IMG/VR virus record: IMGVR_UViG_3300033182_000980
Span: 62,001 to 126,000 of that record
Direction: 5' to 3' (one strand)
Length of the DNA: 64,000 nt
Shown: positions 55,901 through 64,000 of the stretch, one piece after another
Numbering within the stretch: the stretch's first letter is position 1
Layout of the letters: every line of letters begins with the position of its first letter
Notes under the pieces: generated by a model
The model's database searches: none
Seen by the model: only the letters and a program-made list of their open reading frames with translations
What the model was told of the DNA's origin: nothing
Translations under genes and position numbers: made by a program

Positions 55901-57025
55901 GGTAAGTTATTCTCGGCTACCGAGATTTCTGTTGGTACAGAGGCGGCTAATGTCCTCACCAAGAACCTCACCATTGGAACTGACGGTTCAGTAGAGACAT
56001 CAGGTGAGATTACAACTAGCTCGGTAGTCAACTTCACCACAGCTTCTCAAGGTGCGATTGTCTTTAACTCTGACCTTGGTAATGTAGCACCAAATGTGGA
56101 CGATGACTTTGGTCTTACAGTTAATCGTGGCAATACCACAGACGCTAAACTTTATTGGGATGAGGGTGATGACGCTTGGAAGATCGAGACAGGTAATGTT
56201 CAAGTACAGAACACCCTTGTTGTTGACTCTGACGCGGCGAATAAAGTTGAGATTGCGGCAGGTTCTATCACGACTGCAAACGATAGTGGTATCAGCTTTG
56301 GAGCGGATAGCCTAACCACAACAGGTTCAATCACATCTGCAACACCAGCGTTAAACACCAACAGTACAATAGTGGCTACTACAGCTTTCGTTAAGGGTCA
56401 AAAGCTAGGTGACTTTGACCAAGTGAACACAGCAGGGTTCAACGCTAACGATCAAATCCTTGTGTGGGATCAAGACAATAGTGAGTTTAAGGCTGGTGCC
56501 TCTGTTTACGCCAAAGAGAATGCTATTGATGATGTTGCTGAAGCACTTATTAATGGTAGTTTAATCAAAGATGGTGATGATGGTGGTAATACAGGTGCAG
56601 ACACCATTCAGTTTACGCTTGATGACCAGAACGACATTATCAACCTCGCTCTTGGAATCTCATCTGGAAACCTAACAGATGTCTCCACAGATGCTCCAGC
56701 TAATCTCCAAGTTTTGAGGTACACGACTGAACAAGGTGCGAATCAGAACAAGTATGTACCTACAACACTTGGAACAGCGGCTGATGTTGACACAGGGCTT
56801 GATAATGGAGAAATCCCAACCCTCACAACTCACTATCTCGCAAATCAAAGCGAGACAGCAGACCTTATCCTCACAGGTAGGGTCATTGAGACTATTGACT
56901 ATGGTTCTGTTACCGAAGCGTTTGACGGTGCTACCGACTATGCCTTCGACATGAATGGTGGTGTTGAAGATTTCTCGGACACCGTTATTTATGGTTCGGA
57001 GGATTATGGGATGCTTGTAGTTTAA
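49919..57025 (+). CDS. Giant tail fibre / adhesin-like virion protein (~2368 aa)
   Basis: Start MSTFGTG at 49919 after AAAGGAG; L.DV repeats, DATTKGYVD, VATTEFV, IADNAITTVKI, DFRVEGDNQ motifs; G/A/T/D/N-rich. Confidence 0.75.
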   Translation: MSTFGTGSTTTAGASITLRNFTGTDGNQAGTDGLVPGPALAQEGYVLGAGGDWTLEIKAVADPNDATERIATTRFVANYVANAQLGGNALLSALGDVGIANIADDQFLQYNVGNARWENATLTIGAISDVNLAGLQAGNTIVWDAVNSEWIPGQGGGGGAATLDELGDVTIAGVANKHFLVHNGAGQFVNRLITTTDLDDGTNIALLDAANDFTNTLTVTNSDIILSTPGADKEIIISDGVQDLVAIGNDGPYIRLRTGDPQKAQYGDQAFTLDVWDFTNNLRMWDANGQVSFSFSRGTGDLSLSGDLTAVDASLAGIEATSLTSTANSFPITFADAQASALVLKDANANEYMVFDTDNDQIINKVEAEFGVAPAAVVRVGGGYVRFSGGGGEIAFPDLDPVALTLKDSANNNIITIDTAQNQVNHHVKSVFTNGAGNTLTVQHNALTFGGGDGEISASSKLNVVIKDNELVADGAAFSIADDGATEYLKIFTDNADQKIVLGADLHTTNLLANSLESSANSFLFKLTGGQATSLRFTDLAGNTDYLSIDTDNDLIENHVQAKFLASPIISNSSLLFRDGDSDLSATTHKLSITLKDNELVADGAAFTIKDGGATEYLTIFTDNGDQKVVANVDLYEGANRVLNVSNSIDALSDVDTTTNAPVPGQALVWDGANFVPGTGGKTQEEIEDIVGGMVAGNTETGIAVTYVDNGALAGKLDFVVDDGVVGFLAGAQNFGGDKTFSGALTATGDTDLTGANFVRVPAPVGATDATTKGYVDTAIAGRQPLEATLTGLATIAPVVNDIIIATGNDTFDVINTTAGMQTFLGTNLTIQAGAVGDVLRVTAVDGQNIPTAFENTKLASTDLSDTADLILRDGSVAFTGAVDLGAQNITNVADIALDTISADNNTITINLTDNQASALNITEAGNSYLNFVTTDAGEKVVFGKLFEAPTLSKIGDIEISNGQIQTTNVNNNLSFNDNNLLTTGTLGAGATTVTSLSVSEGNITNVSDIALDTISADGDTIVVSMTDNRVGAFEIKEGNTSYLNVITTNGGEKIEVGQANAGIALDLTNASVTATTQPNNLVEGNSTLVATTEFVRTVVQAVGNISDLDDLADVNLGVKNAGQQDEDGVALANAQILVYDDDAGVNDNSWKNVSLSGDIEITNAGVATIADNAITTVKINDGEVTNAKLENSYVAITDGANTDNLPLGQTLTFNAVANETTVVVSADQGAGADGVEITIGLPDDVTIAQDLTVTRNLIVNGTTTTIDTTNLDIEDAVIRLNRRADGNIDGANGHDIGIFMERGTNDHAIFYFDEGEDIFKLGTTTSAHTATDFDATTTFGTLKLATLTATSNSTIGGTLGITGDVSVNAGQATITAQTGNITTKGDFVVLNPANGNASITISADNDDVLITSFGGDIYFDNENLWTTGSLSAGSTSLTSLVVNDAGAAVDFRVEGDNQTHLLYTDGTRDRVGINTNAPDTQFHVVGATKLVGALTHTTGAVFFNSGQEDFDFRVDGDNQANLLFVDASADSIGIGKNNPSKTLDITGTVAISSTLDVSGKTTLAGSLDLTTGSATGITFRSEIGNNGADADQILLRVNQGGAGPVYKSIKWVAADDRFSIESSLKSEGNFTVGADQFTVDASNGNTSVVGTLGVGGATTINNAGGTADLLVQNNGADVLNVDVSAGTTTVTGQLKTDDLRAKTADGGGNDFKIRIEDNVANALEISDATNGLSFMVFDTRDNAELINFNQDIVVKGEVNIEQANANGIFFNSDLGANPSIDATLITIDGGNTKGDVVLGWDTSDNAINLNANAQVHLQGLAGSNALTIGGALVANATIVMTTAGAITLDGTLDSPTINTDKITDRTADGLVIELADALNGSALLVKDAGGANYLTINTDAQTLTFNEDVNFDASATFDTTVEVTGITTLNDSLKVNKAGSDTGIIFNADRGAGENINAQDFDALLLHVENGGSNATDAYIKWDDSESSFKIEGGKLFSATEISVGTEAANVLTKNLTIGTDGSVETSGEITTSSVVNFTTASQGAIVFNSDLGNVAPNVDDDFGLTVNRGNTTDAKLYWDEGDDAWKIETGNVQVQNTLVVDSDAANKVEIAAGSITTANDSGISFGADSLTTTGSITSATPALNTNSTIVATTAFVKGQKLGDFDQVNTAGFNANDQILVWDQDNSEFKAGASVYAKENAIDDVAEALINGSLIKDGDDGGNTGADTIQFTLDDQNDIINLALGISSGNLTDVSTDAPANLQVLRYTTEQGANQNKYVPTTLGTAADVDTGLDNGEIPTLTTHYLANQSETADLILTGRVIETIDYGSVTEAFDGATDYAFDMNGGVEDFSDTVIYGSEDYGMLVV

Positions 57026-57037
57026 TAGTCTATTTAT
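57026..57037 (+). promoter_or_regulatory. Motif A
   Basis: TAGTCTATTTAT upstream of tail fibre 2. Confidence 0.6.
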
Positions 57038-57083
57038 ACCCAACCAATATAGAAACAGATAGTCCAATTTAAGGAGTCCAATC

Positions 57084-60000
57084 ATGGCTGTAAGAAGAGT
57101 CCAACTAAGAAGAGGCACAACGGCAGACCACACAAATGGTGATGGTTTTACAGGTGCTGTCGGTGAGATCACCGTAGATACAACCACTAAGTCCATTCGT
57201 GTTCACGATGGTGATCAAGCTGGTGGTTTTGATCTCATGCGAGCCGATATGTCGAACAACCTCGCTGTTGTAGGCAATATCAACTTCACCGATGATGCCC
57301 ATGTGATTGGTGGAGACATCAACACAAATGGTCAAGGTGGAGATCCGACACACATTCTCGATCTTGGTTCTGCTGATACCACTGTTCGTGTTCGAGGTAC
57401 ACTTAATGTAGCTACTCAAACAACACAAAACGACCTCCTTATCCAAGACAAAGTTATCGTCATTGCAGATGGCACAGAAGGTCTAGCGAACAGCACAGAC
57501 TCAATCGGTATTCTTTTCACAAGAACCACAGACGGTCCAGGACCAGGGGCGGCTCAAGACCCTGCGTTGTTCTATTGGGATGAGTCCACTGATCGGTTTA
57601 GAGTTGAAACCAACAATGTTACCGAAGCCAATGATGACTGGACAGGTGGAACAGGTGCTGACTTAACACTTAAAACCCTATATGCTCAGACTTCGGTTGA
57701 TGTTAATAACGGAGACATCACTAATGTTGGTGAGATTCAGTTGGACTCGATCATTTATAATGATGATCTGAATACAATCACGATTAAGGCAAAAGACAAT
57801 CAAGCTAGTGCATTTGTCGTTAAAGCTGATGCAGGTGATTCTGAAGAATATATCTCGATTAACGCTACTAACGCTACCGAGTCTTTAACACTAGGTGTGC
57901 CTTCAAAAGAAGTTATCATTCGTGGTAATCTCACCACTCTAGGAACGAACGCAGATCCAGGTGTCAGCCACAAAATCCAAGTAGAGACTACTACTGCTGT
58001 TGCAGGTCAAGACCTCACCATTGAAGCAGGTACAACTAGTCTTGCTGGTAATACTTCGGGTGGTGATCTCATCTTGTCAACAGGTGGTGGTACAGGTGCT
58101 GGTACTGCTTCAATGCAGTTCAAGACCCTAGTCGCTAATGGTCTTACTCCAGCCGAGCGTATGCGTATTCACACCGATGGTAATGTCGGTATCGGTGATA
58201 GTGCTCCAGGTACATTGCTTCAACTATCAGGTACAGATGCTTATCTTACCCTTAAAAACACCACAGTAGAACACACAGATGGTGGAGCAGAGACTAAGAT
58301 CATCTTTGAAGATCATGGTAATAACGCTCTAGGTCAGATTGAAGTTAGTCATCAAGGTATTTTAGATGACGAGTTTGGTCAAATGATCTTCTCGACCAAT
58401 AATGACGCAGGACTTCAGACAGCTCTTACGATTGATAAAGATCAAAAGGCAACCTTTGCTGGTGTTGTTTCTGTAGCTACATCACTTGATATGACCGATG
58501 GTGCTATCGACAATGTAACTACTATTGACCTTGATAAGATCACAGACCGAGCGAATGATGGGATTATCATTGAGATCCATGATGGGCAAGCCACAGGTCT
58601 TGTTATTGAGGACACGAATGGTCTTGATTTCATCACTTGTAATGCTGCCGCAGATACAATCACACTCCATCAAGCTACCACACTTTCTTCAACACTTTCT
58701 GTAAATGGTGGTTCGGCTACTGTTCAAGCCGCTACTGGAGCAGATGCTAATCTTTACTTAGTTGCGGATAACAGTGAAGATGGTGGTGATGTTTGGAGAG
58801 TTCAAGCACCAGACGCTTCAAGAACTCTTACCTTTGCAGGTGAGAATGACGCTAGTAATGGTTATGTAGATGTTCTTACCCTCACAGGTGCAAATGCAGG
58901 GGCAGACACTTCTGCTACTGTTAAGGGAACACTGATTGTAGAGGGAGAAATCCATTCTAACACGGATCTTGTCTTCAGGGTAGATGCCGATCAAGGTGCT
59001 GTTGCTGGAGACCACTCTTTCTCTTTCAAGAATGGAGACGACTCGGAGGTTGCGTCACTCACAGAGGCGGGTGTTCTTACAGTCACAGGTGTAGCCAACC
59101 TTAATGGTGGTATCGCTGTTGACACTGACAACTTCACTGTTGATGGGGCGACAGGTGCGATTGATACTAAGAGTACCCTACAAGTAGATGGTAATGTACG
59201 AATTGGTGAAAATGGTCTTGCTGGTTCTCCTACTTTCACCATTGTAGAGCATACAGGTGGTGTGACTAAGTTCCAAGTAGCTGGTGCGACAGGTGATACG
59301 ACTATTGGGGGTACTTCGGAAACCACAGGGATTGCAACCTTTAAGGATTCCCTCGCTATTCAGAGTCAGCCGGTGAATGACTTAGGTATTCGGTTTAACT
59401 CTGATCGTGGTGCTAATAACATCAATGGTGCAGATTATGATGTTAAGGTCATTGATGTCTTTAAGGGAACTGGAAATGCGACTCAAGGTACAATCCTTTG
59501 GGACGATGACCAGTCTTCATTCTCAATCACGAGTGGTAAACTTAACTCGGAGACACAGTTCTCTGTAGGACCAATTGCGACTCCTAACTTTACAGTAGCA
59601 CCGACAACAGGTGCTGTAGCTATGGTTGGTACAGACGCTTATCTTACACTCAAGAACAATGTGGATGAGTTTAATGACGGTGGTGCCGAGACACAGATTC
59701 AATTCCAAGACCATGCAGGTCTAAACTTATCTACTATTCAAGCGTCCCATGAGGGTGCTTTAGATGACGCTAAGGGTCAACTCCTTTTCTACACTAACAC
59801 AGGAGCAGAGAATGATGAAGGTACTCTCGCACTTACTATTAGTAGTGCTCAATTAGCAACCTTTGAAGGTAATGTGACTGTAAGTGGAAATACAATCACT
59901 TTTGGCAACTCGGCTACGATTGTTAATGGTGCGGCCGATACCCTTACAATCACAGAGGATAACATCAAGTTTGCTGGTATCACCCATATCACTGCCGCAA

Positions 60001-63000
60001 CTGGTGCAAACGCTATCCTTTATATGTCAGCAGACGCAAGTGAGGATAATGCTGATGATTGGAGACTTCAGGCAACTGACGGAAACCTCTTCTCAGTTGC
60101 TTCCTACATCAGTGGTGCATATCAAGATTTCTTCTCGATTGCAGGTGATGTCAACACCTTACTCTCAACCACAACAGTAGAAGGTAAACTTGTAGTTAAG
60201 GGTGCAAGCATCTCTGGTATCACCGATGGTGATCTCGCAATCGCATCTGACGGCAACTTAACCTTCCACATTGATGCCGATAATGATGAAGCTAGTATCT
60301 TCTCATTCGTACATGGTGCAGGTGCTGGTACAGAGGTGGCTCAGATTGATGAGTCAGGTAATCTTCAAATTGATGGTGATCTCACACTCGGTGGGAACAC
60401 CATCAACAGTGGGGACGGCACTGGAACGATCACTCTTGCAAATGATGGTTCTGATGCGAAAATTGAAAGCCAACTCACAGTCATCGGTGATGGTGCTGGT
60501 ACTTCATCAATCGTTCTAGGTCAGAATGACGGTAATAACTCGGTGATCACCACCGCGGTTCGTAGTGGTGGAGATAACCTCGCAGGTAATGATCTCACAA
60601 TCATTGGTGGTGCTTCAACAGGTACTGGTGCAGGTGGTTCTATCATTTTCAAGACTGTACCAGCAGGTGTAGATGGTGGTGTCACAAATGGGTCTGTTAA
60701 TACTCTTACACTTGACTCAACAAAGCAAGCTACCTTTGAGGGCAATGTTGTAATCAAGGGTAATCTTGACATTCAACAAACAGGCACAAACACAATCATC
60801 GACTCTACAAGCCTTGTAGTAGCCGACCCAGTGATTGAGCTTGCTCGTAATGCAGATGCGGCCGCAAACGCTTCAACAGATGTTGGTTTTGTCTTTACTC
60901 GTGGTTCTGCTGAAAATCCAGCAGTCATCTATTGGGATGAGGGGGAAGATAAGTTTGTTTTTGCTACCAAGCAAGGTGCTGTTGCAGGCACTACAGACTT
61001 TAGTGTAGGCAACGCTCCTGTTGAGGCTCGTCTTGATGTTGGAACGCTCAACGCAGACATTATTACTCTTGATGACAATGACGCTACATCACTTGTCATT
61101 AAAGAGGCTGGAAACTCTTATCTTACCTTTAACACCCTTAATGCGGATCCAGGTGATGGGTCAGGATTTGAGCAAGTAGAGTTTAATAAAGTCTTTAAAG
61201 CCATTTCAGGTTCAAAGATTGGTAATCTTACTCTCGCTGATGGTTCAATTACCTCTAGTGGTGGAGCTATCGACTTTGATAATGAAAATCTTTCAACCAC
61301 AGGTACTCTCGGAGCTGGTACGACCACAGTCACTTCTCTTGATGTGACTGCTGGTGGGATTACACGAGCGGGTGCTATCAGTGGAGCGACCACTCTTGCT
61401 ACGATTAATCAGATCACTTTAGACACAACAGCCGACATCTTGTTGGCTGATAATCAAGCTACCTCTTTAGATATTCGTGAGACTAATCTTGGTTCATACC
61501 TCATGTTTGACACCCAAGATGGTCAAGCACAGGTTGTCGTTAATGAGGGTGGTGCTGACATTGACTTTAGGGTTGAGGGTGATGGCAATGCTAACTTGAT
61601 CTTTGCTCGTGCTAGTGATGATAGAGTTGGTATCAAGACAGCCAATCCTCTGTTTGATCTTGACATCACAGGTACTCTTGGAGTCAGTAGTCTTGCCGAC
61701 CTTAATGGTGGTATTGATGTTAATGGTTCTAACTTTACTGTAGATTCAGCCGGTGCTGTTAAAGCTGTAGGGACTCTAAGTCTCACAGACGCATCAGGTG
61801 GTATTCTCTTCAACTCGGACCTCACGGCAGAAAACGCACAGGGTGATGCTCCAATGCTCACAGTTGAGCGTGGTATCCTCACCAACGCAATCATTGCTTG
61901 GGATGAGACTCGTGATGAGTTTAACATCAACTCGGTATCTGGTGTTCACCTTGTAGGTAAGAACGCTTCTAACGCACTTACAGTTGGTGGAGCGAATAGT
62001 GCGGCAGGTGGTGTGACCTTTAGTGTGACCACAGCAGGTGCTGTCACCTCAATTGGAGGTATTACTGATACCACCGTTGCTTCATCTTTCGCATCGGGAA
62101 CTACCCTTGGTAATGTGACTTACAGCAATAATGAGATTGCTGGGGCAGACAATCAAGACTTGACGATTAAATCCGAGCAAGACTTAATCTTCCAAGTAGA
62201 CTCCGATCAAGTGGGCGATGTTGCTGGTAATAACTCATTCTTCTTTAAGAATGGTGGTGCTGGTACGATTCTTACTCTTGCAGAGTCGGGTGATCTCACC
62301 ACAACAGGTAATCTTACTGTTGCGACCGCTAAGAGCATTACGCTTAATAGTGGTGCGGCAGGTGCAGATGCTGACATCATTGTAGATCGTACAGATGGAA
62401 ATAATGCTATCTTACGATGGGTTGAAGCCAATGACCGATTTGAGGTGGATAACGCTACGGGTGCTTTCTACAAGCTCTTAACCGAGAACGATACGCTCTT
62501 TAACATTGATGTAGACGGTGATAATAACACCCTTGCAATATCGCAAGACCCCACACACACAATCCTCTTCAAAGGTTCTAATGTTGCGGACAATCAAGGT
62601 CTTATCTTTACACTCGATGGGGATACGATTGAGCTTGGTTTTGAAGCTACTGTAAAGATGCCTGGTGCTTTGACACTTGGTGCAGGTGATGTGACTGCTG
62701 TCAATGTGGTTGCAACCACTCAATTCTACGGACCAGAAGCGGTATTGACAAATGATCTTCAGATTAGATCGTCTGCTGATAATAGCTCTGCTAAGACTGC
62801 AATCCTTCTCAATAGCAATCAAGCAGGCAACCCTGCCGCTACCGAGGATGTTTCGATTGAGGTGGAGCGTGGTGATGACCCTAATGCCAAGTTTACTTGG
62901 GATGAGGGTGATTTGCGTTGGACTTTGACTCAAGGTCCAGATGCTTCTCAATATACGAAGGCGATTGTCACAACACAGCGTTCAGAGGGTGCTAGACCAG

Positions 63001-63338
63001 AGACTGTTGGCACTTCTAACAATGGAGGTGGTGGTGATCTTGAGTTCGGTACAGCGGTAGCGAATCGTCTTGACCTTACTGCTCAACAGCCTACTGCTAA
63101 TGAGAACGAGCATATCTACTTCCTAGATAACAATGGCACAAGTGGTACTGTTGATCTCTTTACTCTCGCAGGTACAACCTACAATGGCTACAAGATCAAC
63201 TTTGTGAACATTGATACAGTTGATATGGTCATTGACGCTAATGCGGCTCAAACCATTAATGGTCAGCTCACTCAAACCATTCCAGCAGGTGGAAATCTCA
63301 CCATCGTTGCCTTTGGTACTTCTTGGTATATCCTTTAA
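57084..63338 (+). CDS. Giant tail fibre with Mtd_N/hyaluronidase-like N-terminus (2084 aa)
   Basis: VQLRRGTTADH...FTGAVGEITVDTTTKSIRVHDG...GGF N-terminal domain; ERMRIHTDGNVGIG; modules shared with the preceding fibre. Confidence 0.8.
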   Translation: MAVRRVQLRRGTTADHTNGDGFTGAVGEITVDTTTKSIRVHDGDQAGGFDLMRADMSNNLAVVGNINFTDDAHVIGGDINTNGQGGDPTHILDLGSADTTVRVRGTLNVATQTTQNDLLIQDKVIVIADGTEGLANSTDSIGILFTRTTDGPGPGAAQDPALFYWDESTDRFRVETNNVTEANDDWTGGTGADLTLKTLYAQTSVDVNNGDITNVGEIQLDSIIYNDDLNTITIKAKDNQASAFVVKADAGDSEEYISINATNATESLTLGVPSKEVIIRGNLTTLGTNADPGVSHKIQVETTTAVAGQDLTIEAGTTSLAGNTSGGDLILSTGGGTGAGTASMQFKTLVANGLTPAERMRIHTDGNVGIGDSAPGTLLQLSGTDAYLTLKNTTVEHTDGGAETKIIFEDHGNNALGQIEVSHQGILDDEFGQMIFSTNNDAGLQTALTIDKDQKATFAGVVSVATSLDMTDGAIDNVTTIDLDKITDRANDGIIIEIHDGQATGLVIEDTNGLDFITCNAAADTITLHQATTLSSTLSVNGGSATVQAATGADANLYLVADNSEDGGDVWRVQAPDASRTLTFAGENDASNGYVDVLTLTGANAGADTSATVKGTLIVEGEIHSNTDLVFRVDADQGAVAGDHSFSFKNGDDSEVASLTEAGVLTVTGVANLNGGIAVDTDNFTVDGATGAIDTKSTLQVDGNVRIGENGLAGSPTFTIVEHTGGVTKFQVAGATGDTTIGGTSETTGIATFKDSLAIQSQPVNDLGIRFNSDRGANNINGADYDVKVIDVFKGTGNATQGTILWDDDQSSFSITSGKLNSETQFSVGPIATPNFTVAPTTGAVAMVGTDAYLTLKNNVDEFNDGGAETQIQFQDHAGLNLSTIQASHEGALDDAKGQLLFYTNTGAENDEGTLALTISSAQLATFEGNVTVSGNTITFGNSATIVNGAADTLTITEDNIKFAGITHITAATGANAILYMSADASEDNADDWRLQATDGNLFSVASYISGAYQDFFSIAGDVNTLLSTTTVEGKLVVKGASISGITDGDLAIASDGNLTFHIDADNDEASIFSFVHGAGAGTEVAQIDESGNLQIDGDLTLGGNTINSGDGTGTITLANDGSDAKIESQLTVIGDGAGTSSIVLGQNDGNNSVITTAVRSGGDNLAGNDLTIIGGASTGTGAGGSIIFKTVPAGVDGGVTNGSVNTLTLDSTKQATFEGNVVIKGNLDIQQTGTNTIIDSTSLVVADPVIELARNADAAANASTDVGFVFTRGSAENPAVIYWDEGEDKFVFATKQGAVAGTTDFSVGNAPVEARLDVGTLNADIITLDDNDATSLVIKEAGNSYLTFNTLNADPGDGSGFEQVEFNKVFKAISGSKIGNLTLADGSITSSGGAIDFDNENLSTTGTLGAGTTTVTSLDVTAGGITRAGAISGATTLATINQITLDTTADILLADNQATSLDIRETNLGSYLMFDTQDGQAQVVVNEGGADIDFRVEGDGNANLIFARASDDRVGIKTANPLFDLDITGTLGVSSLADLNGGIDVNGSNFTVDSAGAVKAVGTLSLTDASGGILFNSDLTAENAQGDAPMLTVERGILTNAIIAWDETRDEFNINSVSGVHLVGKNASNALTVGGANSAAGGVTFSVTTAGAVTSIGGITDTTVASSFASGTTLGNVTYSNNEIAGADNQDLTIKSEQDLIFQVDSDQVGDVAGNNSFFFKNGGAGTILTLAESGDLTTTGNLTVATAKSITLNSGAAGADADIIVDRTDGNNAILRWVEANDRFEVDNATGAFYKLLTENDTLFNIDVDGDNNTLAISQDPTHTILFKGSNVADNQGLIFTLDGDTIELGFEATVKMPGALTLGAGDVTAVNVVATTQFYGPEAVLTNDLQIRSSADNSSAKTAILLNSNQAGNPAATEDVSIEVERGDDPNAKFTWDEGDLRWTLTQGPDASQYTKAIVTTQRSEGARPETVGTSNNGGGGDLEFGTAVANRLDLTAQQPTANENEHIYFLDNNGTSGTVDLFTLAGTTYNGYKINFVNIDTVDMVIDANAAQTINGQLTQTIPAGGNLTIVAFGTSWYIL

Positions 63339-63366
63339 GCAACGATTTAGAATAGGAGGTTGAGAC

Positions 63367-63702
63367 ATGACTTTTTTAATAGATAACAGTCGCATTTCAG
63401 TATCAGAAGTGACCGATGACTATACTTTAGCATTGGGCGATGAGGGTAGTTTGATTCAGATCAACGCAGGTGTCGCTAAGACGATCACTATCCCTCTGAA
63501 CGCTAATGTGGCTTTCCCTATCGGCACTCAGATTAGGTTCTCACGAAAAGGTGCTGGGCAACCGATTATTTCGGGGGGTGGTGTTGTCACCGTAAACTCT
63601 GACGGAAGTCAAAATCAGATTTCTCCACAACACGCAGTAGCGACAATCGTAAAGGTCGATACTGATGAGTGGATCTTGTTTGGCTCTCTAACAGGAGCGT
63701 GA
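63367..63702 (+). CDS. Small tail-fibre-associated beta protein
   Basis: YTLALGDEG...TITIP...AFPIGTQI...GAG...ATIVKVDTDEW. Confidence 0.7.
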   Translation: MTFLIDNSRISVSEVTDDYTLALGDEGSLIQINAGVAKTITIPLNANVAFPIGTQIRFSRKGAGQPIISGGGVVTVNSDGSQNQISPQHAVATIVKVDTDEWILFGSLTGA

Positions 63703-63705
63703 TAG

Positions 63706-64000
63706 ATGACTTACTTAGTTGAAAAAGAGCGAGTCTCTACCAATACCCAGACTGAAAACTATACCCTTGCCCTCTCTGATGGTGGGGGTTTGGTTGATAT
63801 GAACAATGGTGCGGCTCGGACGATTACTGTTCCTGCTAATGGTACTGTTGCGTTCCCTCTCGGCACTCAGATTATTCTTGTGCGTAAGGGTGATGGTACA
63901 CTTCAAGTGGTGGCGGCAGGTGGAGTGACCATTAACTCTGTAAGTAATAATACTTATATATCTACTCGATATGGAGCGGCAACGCTTGTAAAGATTGCAA
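63706..64000 (+). CDS. Paralogue of the preceding gene, 3'-truncated by the window edge
   Basis: Manual translation MTYLVEKERVSTNTQTENYTLALSDGGG...TITVP...AFPLGTQI...ATLVKIA; AGGAG RBS. Confidence 0.75.
   Translation, partial: MTYLVEKERVSTNTQTENYTLALSDGGGLVDMNNGAARTITVPANGTVAFPLGTQIILVRKGDGTLQVVAAGGVTINSVSNNTYISTRYGAATLVKIA

Noticed and set aside
57084-63338. Diversity-generating retroelement targeting the Mtd_N-containing fibre
   Set aside because: No reverse transcriptase and no adenine-mismatched template/variable repeat pair is seen in the window; Mtd_N alone is common.
50710-63395. Numerous 60-170-aa antisense and out-of-frame ORFs within the fibre genes (and similar shadows elsewhere)
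   Set aside because: They are shadow frames produced by codon bias of long genes; no RBS or motifs.
1-64000. CRISPR array, tRNA or rRNA genes
   Set aside because: No regularly spaced repeats, cloverleaf/T-loop structures or rRNA signatures found by eye.
1-64000. Eukaryotic giant virus origin or recoded genetic code
   Set aside because: Shine-Dalgarno sites, overlapping operons, a portal and bacterial-type enzymes indicate a bacteriophage; TAA, TAG and TGA all end full-length genes.

Overview
This window is part of a large, probably jumbo-class, dsDNA tailed bacteriophage genome. It uses the standard genetic code, has Shine-Dalgarno AGGAG/GGAG sites, and is densely packed with genes; no host chromosome is evident. 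Replication and repair genes: type IB topoisomerase, SSB-like protein, stand-alone primase CHC2 zinc finger, HolA/HolB-like clamp-loader subunits, SNF2, UvrD and RecD2 helicases, and an SbcD-like nuclease. Nucleotide and stress metabolism genes: GMP reductase fractured by a naturally split intein around a NUMOD3/Vsr-like endonuclease, PurA, a cytosine-deaminase-like amidohydrolase, NrdA with a LAGLIDADG intein, NrdB, SOD, a flavodoxin-like protein and a ClpP-like protease. Structural genes: a portal and two >2000-aa tail fibres. The most striking unexplained structure is a dispersed cassette made of a TAGTTTnTTTAT motif, a conserved 5'UTR/RBS and a ~22-aa coiled-coil leader (MRRSASE..R.LE.RIARLE). 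This cassette is fused to six otherwise unrelated cargo sequences. A second leader (RVAxxY[LM]) and recurrent [KR]-x-[AS] linkers sit at domain boundaries of multi-domain proteins. I infer a late-expressed capsid-targeting and proteolytic polyprotein-processing system that loads enzymes (2H phosphoesterase, HAD phosphatase, ART-like, Dps-like, WGR, RNase-like) into the virion. Also noted: a ~250-nt structured ncRNA candidate, an inverted-repeat cluster that may be an origin, and a second 13-bp upstream motif. All family calls come from motifs read by eye; no database searches were run.
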